Shown here one piece after another: positions 19,970 through 28,219 of a stretch of DNA of 64,000 nt. A program made the position numbers and the translations under genes. Location of the stretch: contig CAVVJT010000010.1 in NCBI GenBank assembly GCA_963748625.1, positions 1,152,001-1,216,000 of the forward strand, given 5' to 3'. Each line of letters starts with the position of its first letter. Positions within the stretch are counted from its first letter, which is position 1. The stretch is from an uncultured Chloroflexia bacterium. Its GTDB lineage: Bacteria > Chloroflexota > Limnocylindria > Limnocylindrales > CSP1-4. The notes beneath the pieces are model-generated. The model searched no databases. It worked only from the letters and a program-made list of their open reading frames with translations, and had not been told where the DNA came from.

Positions 19970-20015
19970 CCTCCGGGCGCGCCACCTCCGGGCGCGCCAC
20001 TGTCCGAGCGCGCCA
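19970..20015 (+). repeat. Tandem copies of the tRNA 3' 15-mer
   Basis: CCTCCGGGCGCGCCA at 19970 and 19985, degenerate TGTCCGAGCGCGCCA at 20001. Confidence 0.9.
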
Positions 20016-20169
20016 CACCAACCTGGGTGCGAGCCGTCGCCGGATGACGAACGGCACCGATAGGGCTTCGCTACGGCAGCGGCTGGGCGGCGCGGGAGCT
20101 CGATCCGCGGTCCGCGCTTCACAGCCGCACGGTCACCCAAGCCCCGCCGGCCCGCGGAGCATCCGGTGA

Positions 20170-21216
20170 TCAGCCGGTTAGGTACCTCGGGTGGATGGTC
20201 CGCTCTTCCCGTGCCGCCAGCGCCAGGGCGTCCAGCGCCACCATGTTCCGGATGCTGTCCTCCGGGAGAACGTCCAGGCCTTCCTCGCCCTGAACGGCCC
20301 GGGCGAAGTGCTCCACCATCAGCCGGTACTCGTCCGCGCCGGCAACCCGGTGCACCTCGCCGGCCTCCGAGTCCTGCTCCCGCCGGGTGTAGAGCGCCTC
20401 GCGCTCCCACGGGATGAAGGCGTCGTGGGGCAGCTCGATGGCGCCCATCGTCCCCGTGACGCTGAACGTCTGCTGCAGGGCGGACACGAACCCGGCCTCG
20501 ATGCCGGCGAGGGCGCCCGTCGGGAATCGCAGCGTCCCAGCAATGTGGACGTCGACGCCGTGGCGATAGACCGCCTGGGCCTGCACGCTGACGGGCTCCG
20601 CCCCCAGCAGCCACCGGGCCACGCCCACCGTGTAGCAGCCGACGTCGAGCAGCGCACCGCCGCCCATCTCCGGGCTCAGGCGGGCGCCGTCCCCCGCCTG
20701 CAGGGCCTCCTCGGCCATGGGGAACGTGAAGGCGGCGCGCACGCCCCGTGGGTCCCCCAGGCCGCCGGCGTCCACCAGCGCCTTGATCGCGCGGCTCCGG
20801 GGGTGGAACCGGTACATGAGGGCCTCCATCAGAAGCCGGCCGGAGGACGTCGCCGCCGCGGCCATCTCCATGGCCTGCTCCGCGCTGCAGGCGAGGGGCT
20901 TCTCGCACAGCACGTGCTTGCCGGCGGCGAGGGCTCGCAGCGTCCACGGATGGTGGAGGTGGTTGGGCAGCGAGACGTAGACGGCGTCCACCTCCGGGTC
21001 CTCGAGGACCTCCTCGTAGCGGCCGTAGACCCGCTCGAACTGGTGCCGGGGCGGCGGCGGCGCCTGGGGCGCGGCCGTCGCCGGAGGCGATCCTCCGGCC
21101 GAACGGGTCCCCAGGGCCTGCAGCCGGCCGTTGTCGGACACCGCGATGGCCGGGATCATGCACACGCGGGCGATCGTGGAGTGGCCGAGCACACCCCAGC
21201 CAATCCGCTCAGGCAT
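20170..21216 (-). CDS. Gfo/Idh/MocA family oxidoreductase
   Basis: WGVLG..IA, DAVYVSLPNHLH, GKHVLCEKP and GGGALLDVGCY. Confidence 0.92.
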   Translation of the reverse strand: MPERIGWGVLGHSTIARVCMIPAIAVSDNGRLQALGTRSAGGSPPATAAPQAPPPPRHQFERVYGRYEEVLEDPEVDAVYVSLPNHLHHPWTLRALAAGKHVLCEKPLACSAEQAMEMAAAATSSGRLLMEALMYRFHPRSRAIKALVDAGGLGDPRGVRAAFTFPMAEEALQAGDGARLSPEMGGGALLDVGCYTVGVARWLLGAEPVSVQAQAVYRHGVDVHIAGTLRFPTGALAGIEAGFVSALQQTFSVTGTMGAIELPHDAFIPWEREALYTRREQDSEAGEVHRVAGADEYRLMVEHFARAVQGEEGLDVLPEDSIRNMVALDALALAAREERTIHPRYLTG

Positions 21217-22855
21217 CCATCGCCTCGACGCATCCACCCTTCTCCATCGACCGTGTGGCAGCCTCCAGGATGGCGACCACCTTCACCGAATCCGCGAGGG
21301 GCGCCACCAACGGCTCACCGGTCAGGAGGTGGTCGGCCAGGTTGCGGTGGAACCCGAACGGGTCACGTGGCGGCATGGCCATCGGCATGGAGGTGACCTG
21401 CCCGTCGCGCTGCCGTCGGAGAAGGAGCAGCTCGGGCGCCATCTCGGTTGCCGGGATCGGGTCTTCGCGGTAGTGAACCAGGGGATCGGCCCGGAGAGCG
21501 ACGAGATCCCGCCAGCGACCCTCGATCGCACCCTCCGTGCCCAGGGCGTACCACTTCGGCTTGCGGACCGCCGCGATGTCCGAGTGGATGAACTCGGCCT
21601 CGAAGCCTCCCTTGAACCGGACCTGGATCCGCTCCTGGTCGGCGCTGGTCACGTCGTGCCACACGCGCTTGTGGCGGGTCCCGATCACGGCCTCCACCCG
21701 GTGCGGCATGAGGCTCACGATCCAGTCCAGGTAGTGGGCGCCCCAGTCCCAGGATGTGCCACCCGATACCGGCGAATGGGAATGCCAGAAGCCGCACGGG
21801 TGGTGGAAGCCCCCGACGAAGGTCTCGAGCTGGAAGAGCTCGCCGATGAGGTGCCCCTCGACCGCCTCCCTGACGGCGAGGTAGTCCGGGTCCCATCGTC
21901 GGTTCTGGTGGCAGCCCAGGTGGACCTGCATGGCCTGCGAGACCTCGACCATCCGATCCGTCTCGCGCCGGCCCAGCGCCAGCGGCTTCTCGCAGACCAC
22001 GTGCTTGCCGGCCGCCATGAGCTGCACGGACAGCGCGGCGTGGGTGTTCGGCGGCGTGGCCACGATGACGAGGTCGATGTCCGGGTCGTCGGCCAGCAGT
22101 TCAGGCGCCTCGTGGACCGTGACCCCAGGAAAATCGAGCGCGGCCTGGTGCCTGCGCGGGGGTGCGATGTCGCAGACGGCCCCGAGCGTGAGCCCGGTCG
22201 TCTCACCCACCCCCGTCCCGTGCATCTGCCCGAGCCAGGGCGCATAGCCGAGGATCCCGACTCGGACCTCCGGGGGCTGGGCGATCGCACCGCCGAGGCT
22301 GCGCAGCCAGCGGTAGAGGAGCTGCTGCACCACGGGATGGCCAAGGTCCCCCAGCGTGGTGCAGACGGCGCGGCCCGCGCCGTGCGAGCGGACGGTCATC
22401 ACCGGGCGGCGCCCGTACTGCCAGTCGGCGTGCAGGACCGTCGTGGTGCCCTCGTCACGTGGCCGCACCGCCAACCTGGTGCGTCCGACAAGGAAGGACC
22501 GCTGCATGCGCTGCGCCAACGGATGTCCTGGGTCCTCCCAGCTCACACGCAGCTCCGTCGCCGGCAGCAGCGGCTCGACCCCTACCCCGAACACCGACGG
22601 CGGGAGGCCTGCGTCATCGGCGACGTGCAGCCACCCCTTGCCCGCGCGCACGAGATCCGACAGGACGGTCACATCCTCCGGCGGCAGGGCCGATCCCGCG
22701 GTGAGGACGACATCGATCCCGTCCGTGGCGGCCGGCAGCGCCTCCGAGCGCTCCAGCTGCGTGTGGGAGGTCCGCGCGAGATAGCCGGCCAGCGGTTCCA
22801 GTGATGCGTCGGCCGGACCCACCCAGAGGATCCGAACCACGGAGTGCACGATCAC
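21209..22855 (-). CDS. Gfo/Idh/MocA oxidoreductase with N-terminal ThuA/GATase-like domain
   Basis: GAGRAVCTTLG, ATPPNTH, GKHVVCEKP, HQNRRWD and DWGAHYLD. Start uncertain (22855 or 22936). Confidence 0.85.
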   Translation of the reverse strand: MIVHSVVRILWVGPADASLEPLAGYLARTSHTQLERSEALPAATDGIDVVLTAGSALPPEDVTVLSDLVRAGKGWLHVADDAGLPPSVFGVGVEPLLPATELRVSWEDPGHPLAQRMQRSFLVGRTRLAVRPRDEGTTTVLHADWQYGRRPVMTVRSHGAGRAVCTTLGDLGHPVVQQLLYRWLRSLGGAIAQPPEVRVGILGYAPWLGQMHGTGVGETTGLTLGAVCDIAPPRRHQAALDFPGVTVHEAPELLADDPDIDLVIVATPPNTHAALSVQLMAAGKHVVCEKPLALGRRETDRMVEVSQAMQVHLGCHQNRRWDPDYLAVREAVEGHLIGELFQLETFVGGFHHPCGFWHSHSPVSGGTSWDWGAHYLDWIVSLMPHRVEAVIGTRHKRVWHDVTSADQERIQVRFKGGFEAEFIHSDIAAVRKPKWYALGTEGAIEGRWRDLVALRADPLVHYREDPIPATEMAPELLLLRRQRDGQVTSMPMAMPPRDPFGFHRNLADHLLTGEPLVAPLADSVKVVAILEAATRSMEKGGCVEAMDA

Positions 22856-23107
22856 GCTGACCCCTTTGTGCCCGGACCCAGGCCGGAAGCTCTCGCCCGT
22901 GGTTGCTGCAGGCGGACCCGAGTTGCCGCCAATCATGCGCCACGACGCTGGGCCCTGTCCGGGCGTCCGGATGCGATGAGGTCGCGGGCCGAGCCATTGC
23001 AGAGCGTCGCGCCAGGCTCAGGGTGGGCGCTGCCCTGCCCACCTCCCCGGTTCGGCGGGCCCCACCTGCGGTTGGCGGCGACGCGCGACACTGGCGGCGA
23101 CGGGCAC

Positions 23108-23136
23108 TTGACAGTCCCAGCCCGCTGGGCTACGGT
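23108..23136 (+). promoter_or_regulatory. Sigma70-type promoter
   Basis: TTGACA (23108-23113), 17-nt spacer, TACGGT (23131-23136). Confidence 0.7.
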
Positions 23137-23142
23137 TACTGT

Positions 23143-23230
23143 GCTCGAAGGGGCTTCGAACATCTAGTGATTTGGCCGGTGTTTACATTGGCCAGAGCAA
23201 CTAGTGATCGCGGTTCCTTCGGGCGTTTTT
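23143..23230 (+). ncRNA. Candidate 88-nt rod-like small RNA
   Basis: Starts 6 nt after the -10. The whole sequence folds into one imperfect hairpin with many G-U pairs and ends in GTTTTT. Locally AT-rich. Confidence 0.6.
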
Positions 23231-23277
23231 CGTTGGTGCCCGGCGCGGACGCGACCCGTGCACAACGCCCCCCGGCC

Positions 23278-24171
23278 TCACGGGTTGCCGCTGAACGTGT
23301 CGCACCCGTCCGGCGACTTCGCCTGGTAGCCGGCCGTGAACCACTTCTGGCGCTGGGCGGACGAGCCGTGGGTCCATGTCTCGGGGCTGACCTGCCCCTG
23401 CATCTCCTGCTGGATCCGGTCGTCGCCGACGGCCGACGCGGCATCGAGGGCATCGGCGATCTCGGCTTTTGTGAGCGGCACGAGGTAGCCCGTCGCGGCC
23501 GCGTTGCTTGCCCACACGCCGGCGTAGCAGTCGGCCTGGAGCTCAGTCCGGACCGATTGCCCTGCGGCCCCCTCCTGGCTCGTCCCGCCCGACAGCGTCC
23601 CGACCAGATCCTGGACGTGGTGGCCGTACTCGTGGGCCAGTATGTAGGCCTGGGCGAACGGACCACCCTTGGCGCCGAACTTCGAGCGCAGCTCGTCGAA
23701 GAACCCGAGGTCGATGTAGACGAACTGGTCGGCGGGACAGTAGAACGGGCCGCTGGCCGACGATGCGACGCCGCAGCCAGTGTTGACCTGGTCGGTGAAG
23801 AAGCGCGTCCTAGCCACGACGTACTGCTGTCCCGAGGCGGCGAACGCGTCGGTCCAGTAGGCCTGGATGCTGTTGACGTAGCCGACGATCCGGCAATCCT
23901 CGCTGGCGTTGGCGTCGGCCCCGGTCTCGCAGGCCGCCAGAGCGCTGCTGGCGGGACCCGGCTCCTCGGCGCCACCGCCGATCGTCTGGCCGACGAGTCC
24001 ACCGACCGTCTCGCCGGTCTGAGGGCTGCCGCCCAGGAGCACCCAGACGAGGGCGACGATGATCCCGATCCCGCCGCCCCCGCCGACCATCAGGCCTCGC
24101 CCGCCGACCCGCGAGCCGCGGACGTCCTCGACCTGCGAGGGATCGAGCTTTGCGCCCGGGTTGAACGGCAT
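23278..24171 (-). CDS. Neutral zinc metallopeptidase (YpfJ/KPN_02809-like)
   Basis: GPFYCPAD, AHEYGHHVQ, ELQADCYAG, VGDDRIQ and WTHGSSAQR. Confidence 0.92.
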   Translation of the reverse strand: MPFNPGAKLDPSQVEDVRGSRVGGRGLMVGGGGGIGIIVALVWVLLGGSPQTGETVGGLVGQTIGGGAEEPGPASSALAACETGADANASEDCRIVGYVNSIQAYWTDAFAASGQQYVVARTRFFTDQVNTGCGVASSASGPFYCPADQFVYIDLGFFDELRSKFGAKGGPFAQAYILAHEYGHHVQDLVGTLSGGTSQEGAAGQSVRTELQADCYAGVWASNAAATGYLVPLTKAEIADALDAASAVGDDRIQQEMQGQVSPETWTHGSSAQRQKWFTAGYQAKSPDGCDTFSGNP

Positions 24172-24204
24172 CTCAGAGCCTCCTGCGGGTGGAGCCCGCG
24201 GGGC

Positions 24205-24294
24205 TCAGATCTTGATGACGCCGACCAGGAAGAGGATCACCACCACGATGACGATCACGCCGATGATTCCGATGCCACCGTTTCGTCCGTTCAT
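24205..24294 (-). CDS. 29-aa single-TM small protein
   Basis: MNGRNGGIGIIGVIVIVVVILFLVGVIKI in an otherwise empty gap. Confidence 0.55.
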   Translation of the reverse strand: MNGRNGGIGIIGVIVIVVVILFLVGVIKI

Positions 24295-24361
24295 GAATCG
24301 AGGGATCGCATGGGGCCTCCGGGTCGTGACGGGAGCCGGTTGGACGGGGCTGCTGTCGAAC

Positions 24362-24733
24362 TCAGCCCGGGGCCTGCTGCGGTCCGTCGCTGCTGGCGGC
24401 GTCGACGATGATCCTGAGGGTCCCGTCCGCCTGCCGCTGGTAGACGACGACGTACTTGCTCTGGCCGCTCGGGCCGACGATCCGACCGACATCCACGACC
24501 AGCGAGCCCCCCTCGATCACCTCGTCGGTCACGAATCGCAGGTTCGCCGGCCCGCCGGCGACTATGTTGCGAAGGGCGGCGTCGACTGCCGCGCGTCCAC
24601 GGATGATCGGCTGGCCTTGGAACAGGAGTCGCGCGTCGTCGGCGTAGAACGCCGCCAGCCGCTCGCCATCCTGCGTCGCGAATGCCTCGCCGAACCCCGC
24701 GTTGATCGCATCCAGCTCGTCTTCAATCGCCAC
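24362..24733 (-). CDS. NTF2-like/DUF4440 (YybH) protein
   Basis: LAAFYADDA, IRGRAAV and KYVVVYQRQADGTLRIIVD. Confidence 0.85.
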   Translation of the reverse strand: MAIEDELDAINAGFGEAFATQDGERLAAFYADDARLLFQGQPIIRGRAAVDAALRNIVAGGPANLRFVTDEVIEGGSLVVDVGRIVGPSGQSKYVVVYQRQADGTLRIIVDAASSDGPQQAPG

Positions 24734-24895
24734 CCTGTCACCCTCTCGTTCGAACCTGGCGTCCTGAGCCGATCCGGCGAACCCCCGATCCGCAGCCGAG
24801 ACGCGAGCCAGGTGAAGATCATGCCGCCTGCGCGCGACCTGCGTTCAAGATGTGCGTTGTTGCTCCTGCGCGCCAAATGCCCTCCGGGCGCGCCA
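24729..24895 (+). repeat. Cassette-end repeat B ending in a tRNA-Arg 3' copy
   Basis: TTGTTGCTCCTGCGCGCCAAATG followed by CCCTCCGGGCGCGCCA (24880-24895). The ~165 bp are homologous to 25101-25260. Confidence 0.85.
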
Positions 24896-25100
24896 TGTCA
24901 TCTGCGACACATGTGGTCAGCCCGTCGCTCGAGACCCCGGCCATCGGCCGGGGTCTCTCCGTGTGTTGCGCCAGTACCACCTGCCAGGCTCGATCAGGTG
25001 CGTGGAGGGGATCTCGCCCGTCTCGAGGGCGACGACCGTGAACTCCTGCTCGTCGACGATGGCGAGGACCCTCCGGCACGAAAGGGCCGCGCCCACCGCT
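24896..25100 (-). mobile_element. IS481-family remnant (end plus transposase C-terminus)
   Basis: Begins TGTCA directly after the tRNA-end copy and matches 19720-19780. Encodes RVLAIVDEQEFTVVALETGEIPSTHLIEPGRWYWRN..DPGRWPG. Confidence 0.75.
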
Positions 25101-25260
25101 GCCACCCTGTCGCCTTTCTCGTGCGAAGCCGGACGCCCTGTGCGGACCCGGCGACACCCCGATCCTCGGCCGAGACCCGAGCCGAGTGTGGATCACGCCC
25201 CTTGCGGACCACGTGCGTTGCTGTTCGTGCCCGCCCGGGGGCCCTCCTGTCCGCGCCCCG
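25101..25260 (+). repeat. Diverged second copy of the cassette-end repeat
   Basis: Colinear with 24729-24895 (GCCACCCTGTC..TCTCGT.CGAA..CCCGATCC..GCCGAGAC..GTGCGTTG.TG) and ends in decayed GCCCTCCTGTCCGCGCC. Confidence 0.75.
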
Positions 25261-25299
25261 CAACTCGGCTCCGCGGGGTCGGCGCCCTCGACGACCTGC

Positions 25300-26823
25300 C
25301 TACCGGAGGAGAGCGCCCAGGTCGGCTCGAAGCAGCTTGCCGACCGAGCTCCTCGGAAGCCGGTCCAGAAACGTCACCGAGGTTGGCACCTCGTGCGCGG
25401 CGAGGCGGCCGCGAGCGAACTCGAGGAGTTCGGCCTCGGCGAGCGAGCTCCCGTTCCGCAGGACGACGATCGCCGCCCCGACCACATCGCCATCGGGGGT
25501 GGTCATCGGCACGACCCCGGCGTCGGCGACCGCCGGATGGGACATGAGCTGGCGCTCGACATCGCCGGGATAGACCGTCCGACCGGCGACATGGAAGCTG
25601 GCGGCGACGCGATCGACAATCCAGATATCGCCCTCGGCGTCCATGCGTGCCGCGTCGCCGGTACGGAGCCAGCGATCTGGGATCAGCACCTCACTGGTCT
25701 CGGCCGGTCGACGCCAGTACCCGGACATGACGTTCGGGCCACGCGCCAGCAGCTCGCCAGTCTGGCCAGGGTCGACATCGTGTCCGTCGGGATCAACGAT
25801 CCGGACGTCCACGAACAGCGGCGGTCGACCAGCCGACCCGACCTTCCGGAGCGAACGCTCGGCGTCGACAAGGAGCACGACTGGCCCCGCCTCGGATAGC
25901 CCGTAGCCCTGGACCAGGGCGACCCCGCGGTCGTGGTACGCACGGATCAACCGCTCGGGTACCGGTGCGCCCCCAGTCAGGATGAACCTGATGCTGGACA
26001 GATCGGCCACCGGCCATCGCTCGGCGTGCATCAGCTCGTCAAGCACGTCCGGGTTGCCGAAGCCGACGCTGACATGATGCCGCTCGATGGCCTCGAGGAG
26101 GCCGCCACCGGTGACGTCGTCGGGCACGATGACCGTGCCGCCGAGAAAGAGCACGGGCAGGACGTTCACGCCCGTGCCTCCTGCTCGGAAGAACGGGGCT
26201 ACAGCGACCGTCACGTCGTCGCCCCGGAAGTCAGCGCGGGAGAGCACGTTGACCACATTCCAGGTCACGTTGCCGTGGGTAAGCATCACCCCCTTGGGGG
26301 ACGCGGTCGTGCCGGAGGTGTGGGGCAGGAACAGCAGATCGTCGAGCGCGATAGCCGCGTCGAGCGCGTGCTCCGGCGACGCCGCAACGAACGCCTCGTA
26401 GCTGACGGCGCCCGCCACGGTGTCTGGGCCGACGACGAGGCGGTGGCGGACGGAGACGGGCGCGCGCGTGGGCGCCACAGCGAGATGCTCGATCAGCACG
26501 GTGGGCTCGGCGTCCTCCAAGATCAGGGCACGCACGTCCGATGCCAAGCGGTGGTTGACCGGGGCAAGGGCGGCGCCAAGCGTGCCGACCGCGAAGAACG
26601 CCTCAAGGAACGCGCCATGGTTCGGGCCAACCCAGGCGACGCGATCACCCCTGCCAACCCCGAGGCGGCTGAGGCCGCCCGCCAGTCTGCGGATCCGCTT
26701 GGCAAGCTCGGCGTAGGTAATCGCACGATCGCCGGTGATGATCGCTAGACGGTCTGGATTGACCCGCGCTCGTCGTTCGATCCACGAGCCGACACCGACG
26801 ATTGACTCCGCCTCGAAGCTCAT
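25300..26823 (-). CDS. Acyl-CoA synthetase (AMP-binding, MenE/FadD-like)
   Basis: HTSGTTASPKG, QGYGLSEAGP, GPNVMSGYW, WLRTGD and PRSSVGKL. Confidence 0.9.
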   Translation of the reverse strand: MSFEAESIVGVGSWIERRARVNPDRLAIITGDRAITYAELAKRIRRLAGGLSRLGVGRGDRVAWVGPNHGAFLEAFFAVGTLGAALAPVNHRLASDVRALILEDAEPTVLIEHLAVAPTRAPVSVRHRLVVGPDTVAGAVSYEAFVAASPEHALDAAIALDDLLFLPHTSGTTASPKGVMLTHGNVTWNVVNVLSRADFRGDDVTVAVAPFFRAGGTGVNVLPVLFLGGTVIVPDDVTGGGLLEAIERHHVSVGFGNPDVLDELMHAERWPVADLSSIRFILTGGAPVPERLIRAYHDRGVALVQGYGLSEAGPVVLLVDAERSLRKVGSAGRPPLFVDVRIVDPDGHDVDPGQTGELLARGPNVMSGYWRRPAETSEVLIPDRWLRTGDAARMDAEGDIWIVDRVAASFHVAGRTVYPGDVERQLMSHPAVADAGVVPMTTPDGDVVGAAIVVLRNGSSLAEAELLEFARGRLAAHEVPTSVTFLDRLPRSSVGKLLRADLGALLR

Positions 26824-26975
26824 CGACGCAGGATGCCAGACGACGGCAAGGGGTCGATCGCACACAGGGCCACCTTCGCCGTCTGTTGTTCCCTCGCGCC
26901 CATCGGGCCCACAGGCGTGGCCGCTCATCGGGGTCCGCCGCACGTGCGAGGACGGCGCTCGACCCGGCTCCGTGG

Positions 26976-27680
26976 TCACCGTGCGCCCGCCGCCATCATC
27001 GAGGGCTCGCTTGCAGGTGCCGTCGCACCGGCAGGTGCTGAGGCGGCCGACGACGAATTGAAGCCCTTGGCGATCAGCCACACAGCCAGGACCATCTCCT
27101 GCAGCGCGAGCGGGGCCATGAGGACATCGAGCGAGAGCTCGAACATGTTCCCAAGCGGCGGCACGATGTAGAGCACGGCCCCCACGAGCCCCCAGGCGGA
27201 CAGCCACCGGGGCACCAGCCGTGACTGGTAGAGCAGGACGTAGAACATCAGGGCGCCGAGCGCGAACGGCACGGCGATCAGCTGGTCCCACGTCACGGCC
27301 ACGGTCGTGCGCACGAGGCCGGCGAGCGGTGCCGCACCAGGTTCCGTGCTGAGCGCGATCAACAGCAGCCAGCCGAGCGCGCCGACGATGTAGATGACCG
27401 TCTCGATCGCGCCCCGGAACACGACGTACCCCATGGCCAGCGTCTCGTTGTACCGCTTGCCGACCGGCCAGAACACGACCGGAACCATCGCGAGCGCGAA
27501 GCCTGCCAGCAGGACGAGCAGGGCTCCGACGGCCAGCTGGTTCGGCTGCTCGGCGACCTGGGCCAGGTAGGCGGGCCCCGTCAGGACGCCATCCGTGACG
27601 ACCGCGCTGAGGACCAGGGTGACCGTGCCGATGATGTACAGCACGCCGATCGCGACGGCGGCCTTCCGATCCGCGCTCAT
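26976..27680 (-). CDS. DUF4386 membrane protein
   Basis: AVAIGVLYII, LAMGYVVFRG, SRLVPRWLSAWG and QEMVLAVWLIAKGF. Confidence 0.85.
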   Translation of the reverse strand: MSADRKAAVAIGVLYIIGTVTLVLSAVVTDGVLTGPAYLAQVAEQPNQLAVGALLVLLAGFALAMVPVVFWPVGKRYNETLAMGYVVFRGAIETVIYIVGALGWLLLIALSTEPGAAPLAGLVRTTVAVTWDQLIAVPFALGALMFYVLLYQSRLVPRWLSAWGLVGAVLYIVPPLGNMFELSLDVLMAPLALQEMVLAVWLIAKGFNSSSAASAPAGATAPASEPSMMAAGAR

Positions 27681-27729
27681 GCCGGGCCTCCCTGGTGCTG
27701 TCGGCGATCGTTCGGTTCGTGCTCATGCT

Positions 27730-28020
27730 CTATCTCCTGATGTGGTCGACATCGACGTGGACAAGCGTTGTCGGGGGGTCGGGCTCGTCCCGGGTGACCG
27801 AGACGAGCGGCAGGCCGAGGTCGCGCACGCGCTGGAGCAGCCCGTGAAGTGCGGCCTGGTCGGCGACCGGACCGCCGATGAGCGTGGTGCCGTCGCCTTC
27901 ACGGCTGACGGTCAGCCCGTCGAACCACGCGGCCCAGCGCGCGTCGAGGTGCCCGGCCAGCCGGATCTCGTAGCGTCCGGCCCCGGGCCGATCTCCTTCC
28001 GGGGTGTGTCGCTCGGTCAT
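27730..28020 (-). CDS. Small conserved protein of the type found beside MalT-like LuxR/DUF4386 genes
   Basis: YEIRLAGHLDARWAAWFDG...DQAALHGLLQRVRDLGLPLVSV. Confidence 0.75.
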   Translation of the reverse strand: MTERHTPEGDRPGAGRYEIRLAGHLDARWAAWFDGLTVSREGDGTTLIGGPVADQAALHGLLQRVRDLGLPLVSVTRDEPDPPTTLVHVDVDHIRR

Positions 28021-28219
28021 TCCGCTCCTCGTGCGTGTCGCCATCTGGACCTCCGACTGGCAACGCCGACCGGAGTCACTGGACACACCGTGGAGGCGGA
28101 CGTGATGAGCGCGCATCACCACACTTGATGAGCGGCGTGATGATTCGCCAGCGAGACGAATGCACCCCGGGGTCACTGTCCGTGCACGTGACGCGACCCG
28201 GGGGAGCCGGGGCAAACGA

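Noticed and set aside
23143-23224. Integron attC site
   Set aside because: It lacks RYYYAAC/GTTRRRY ends, occurs once, and has its own promoter and U-tract, which fits an sRNA better.
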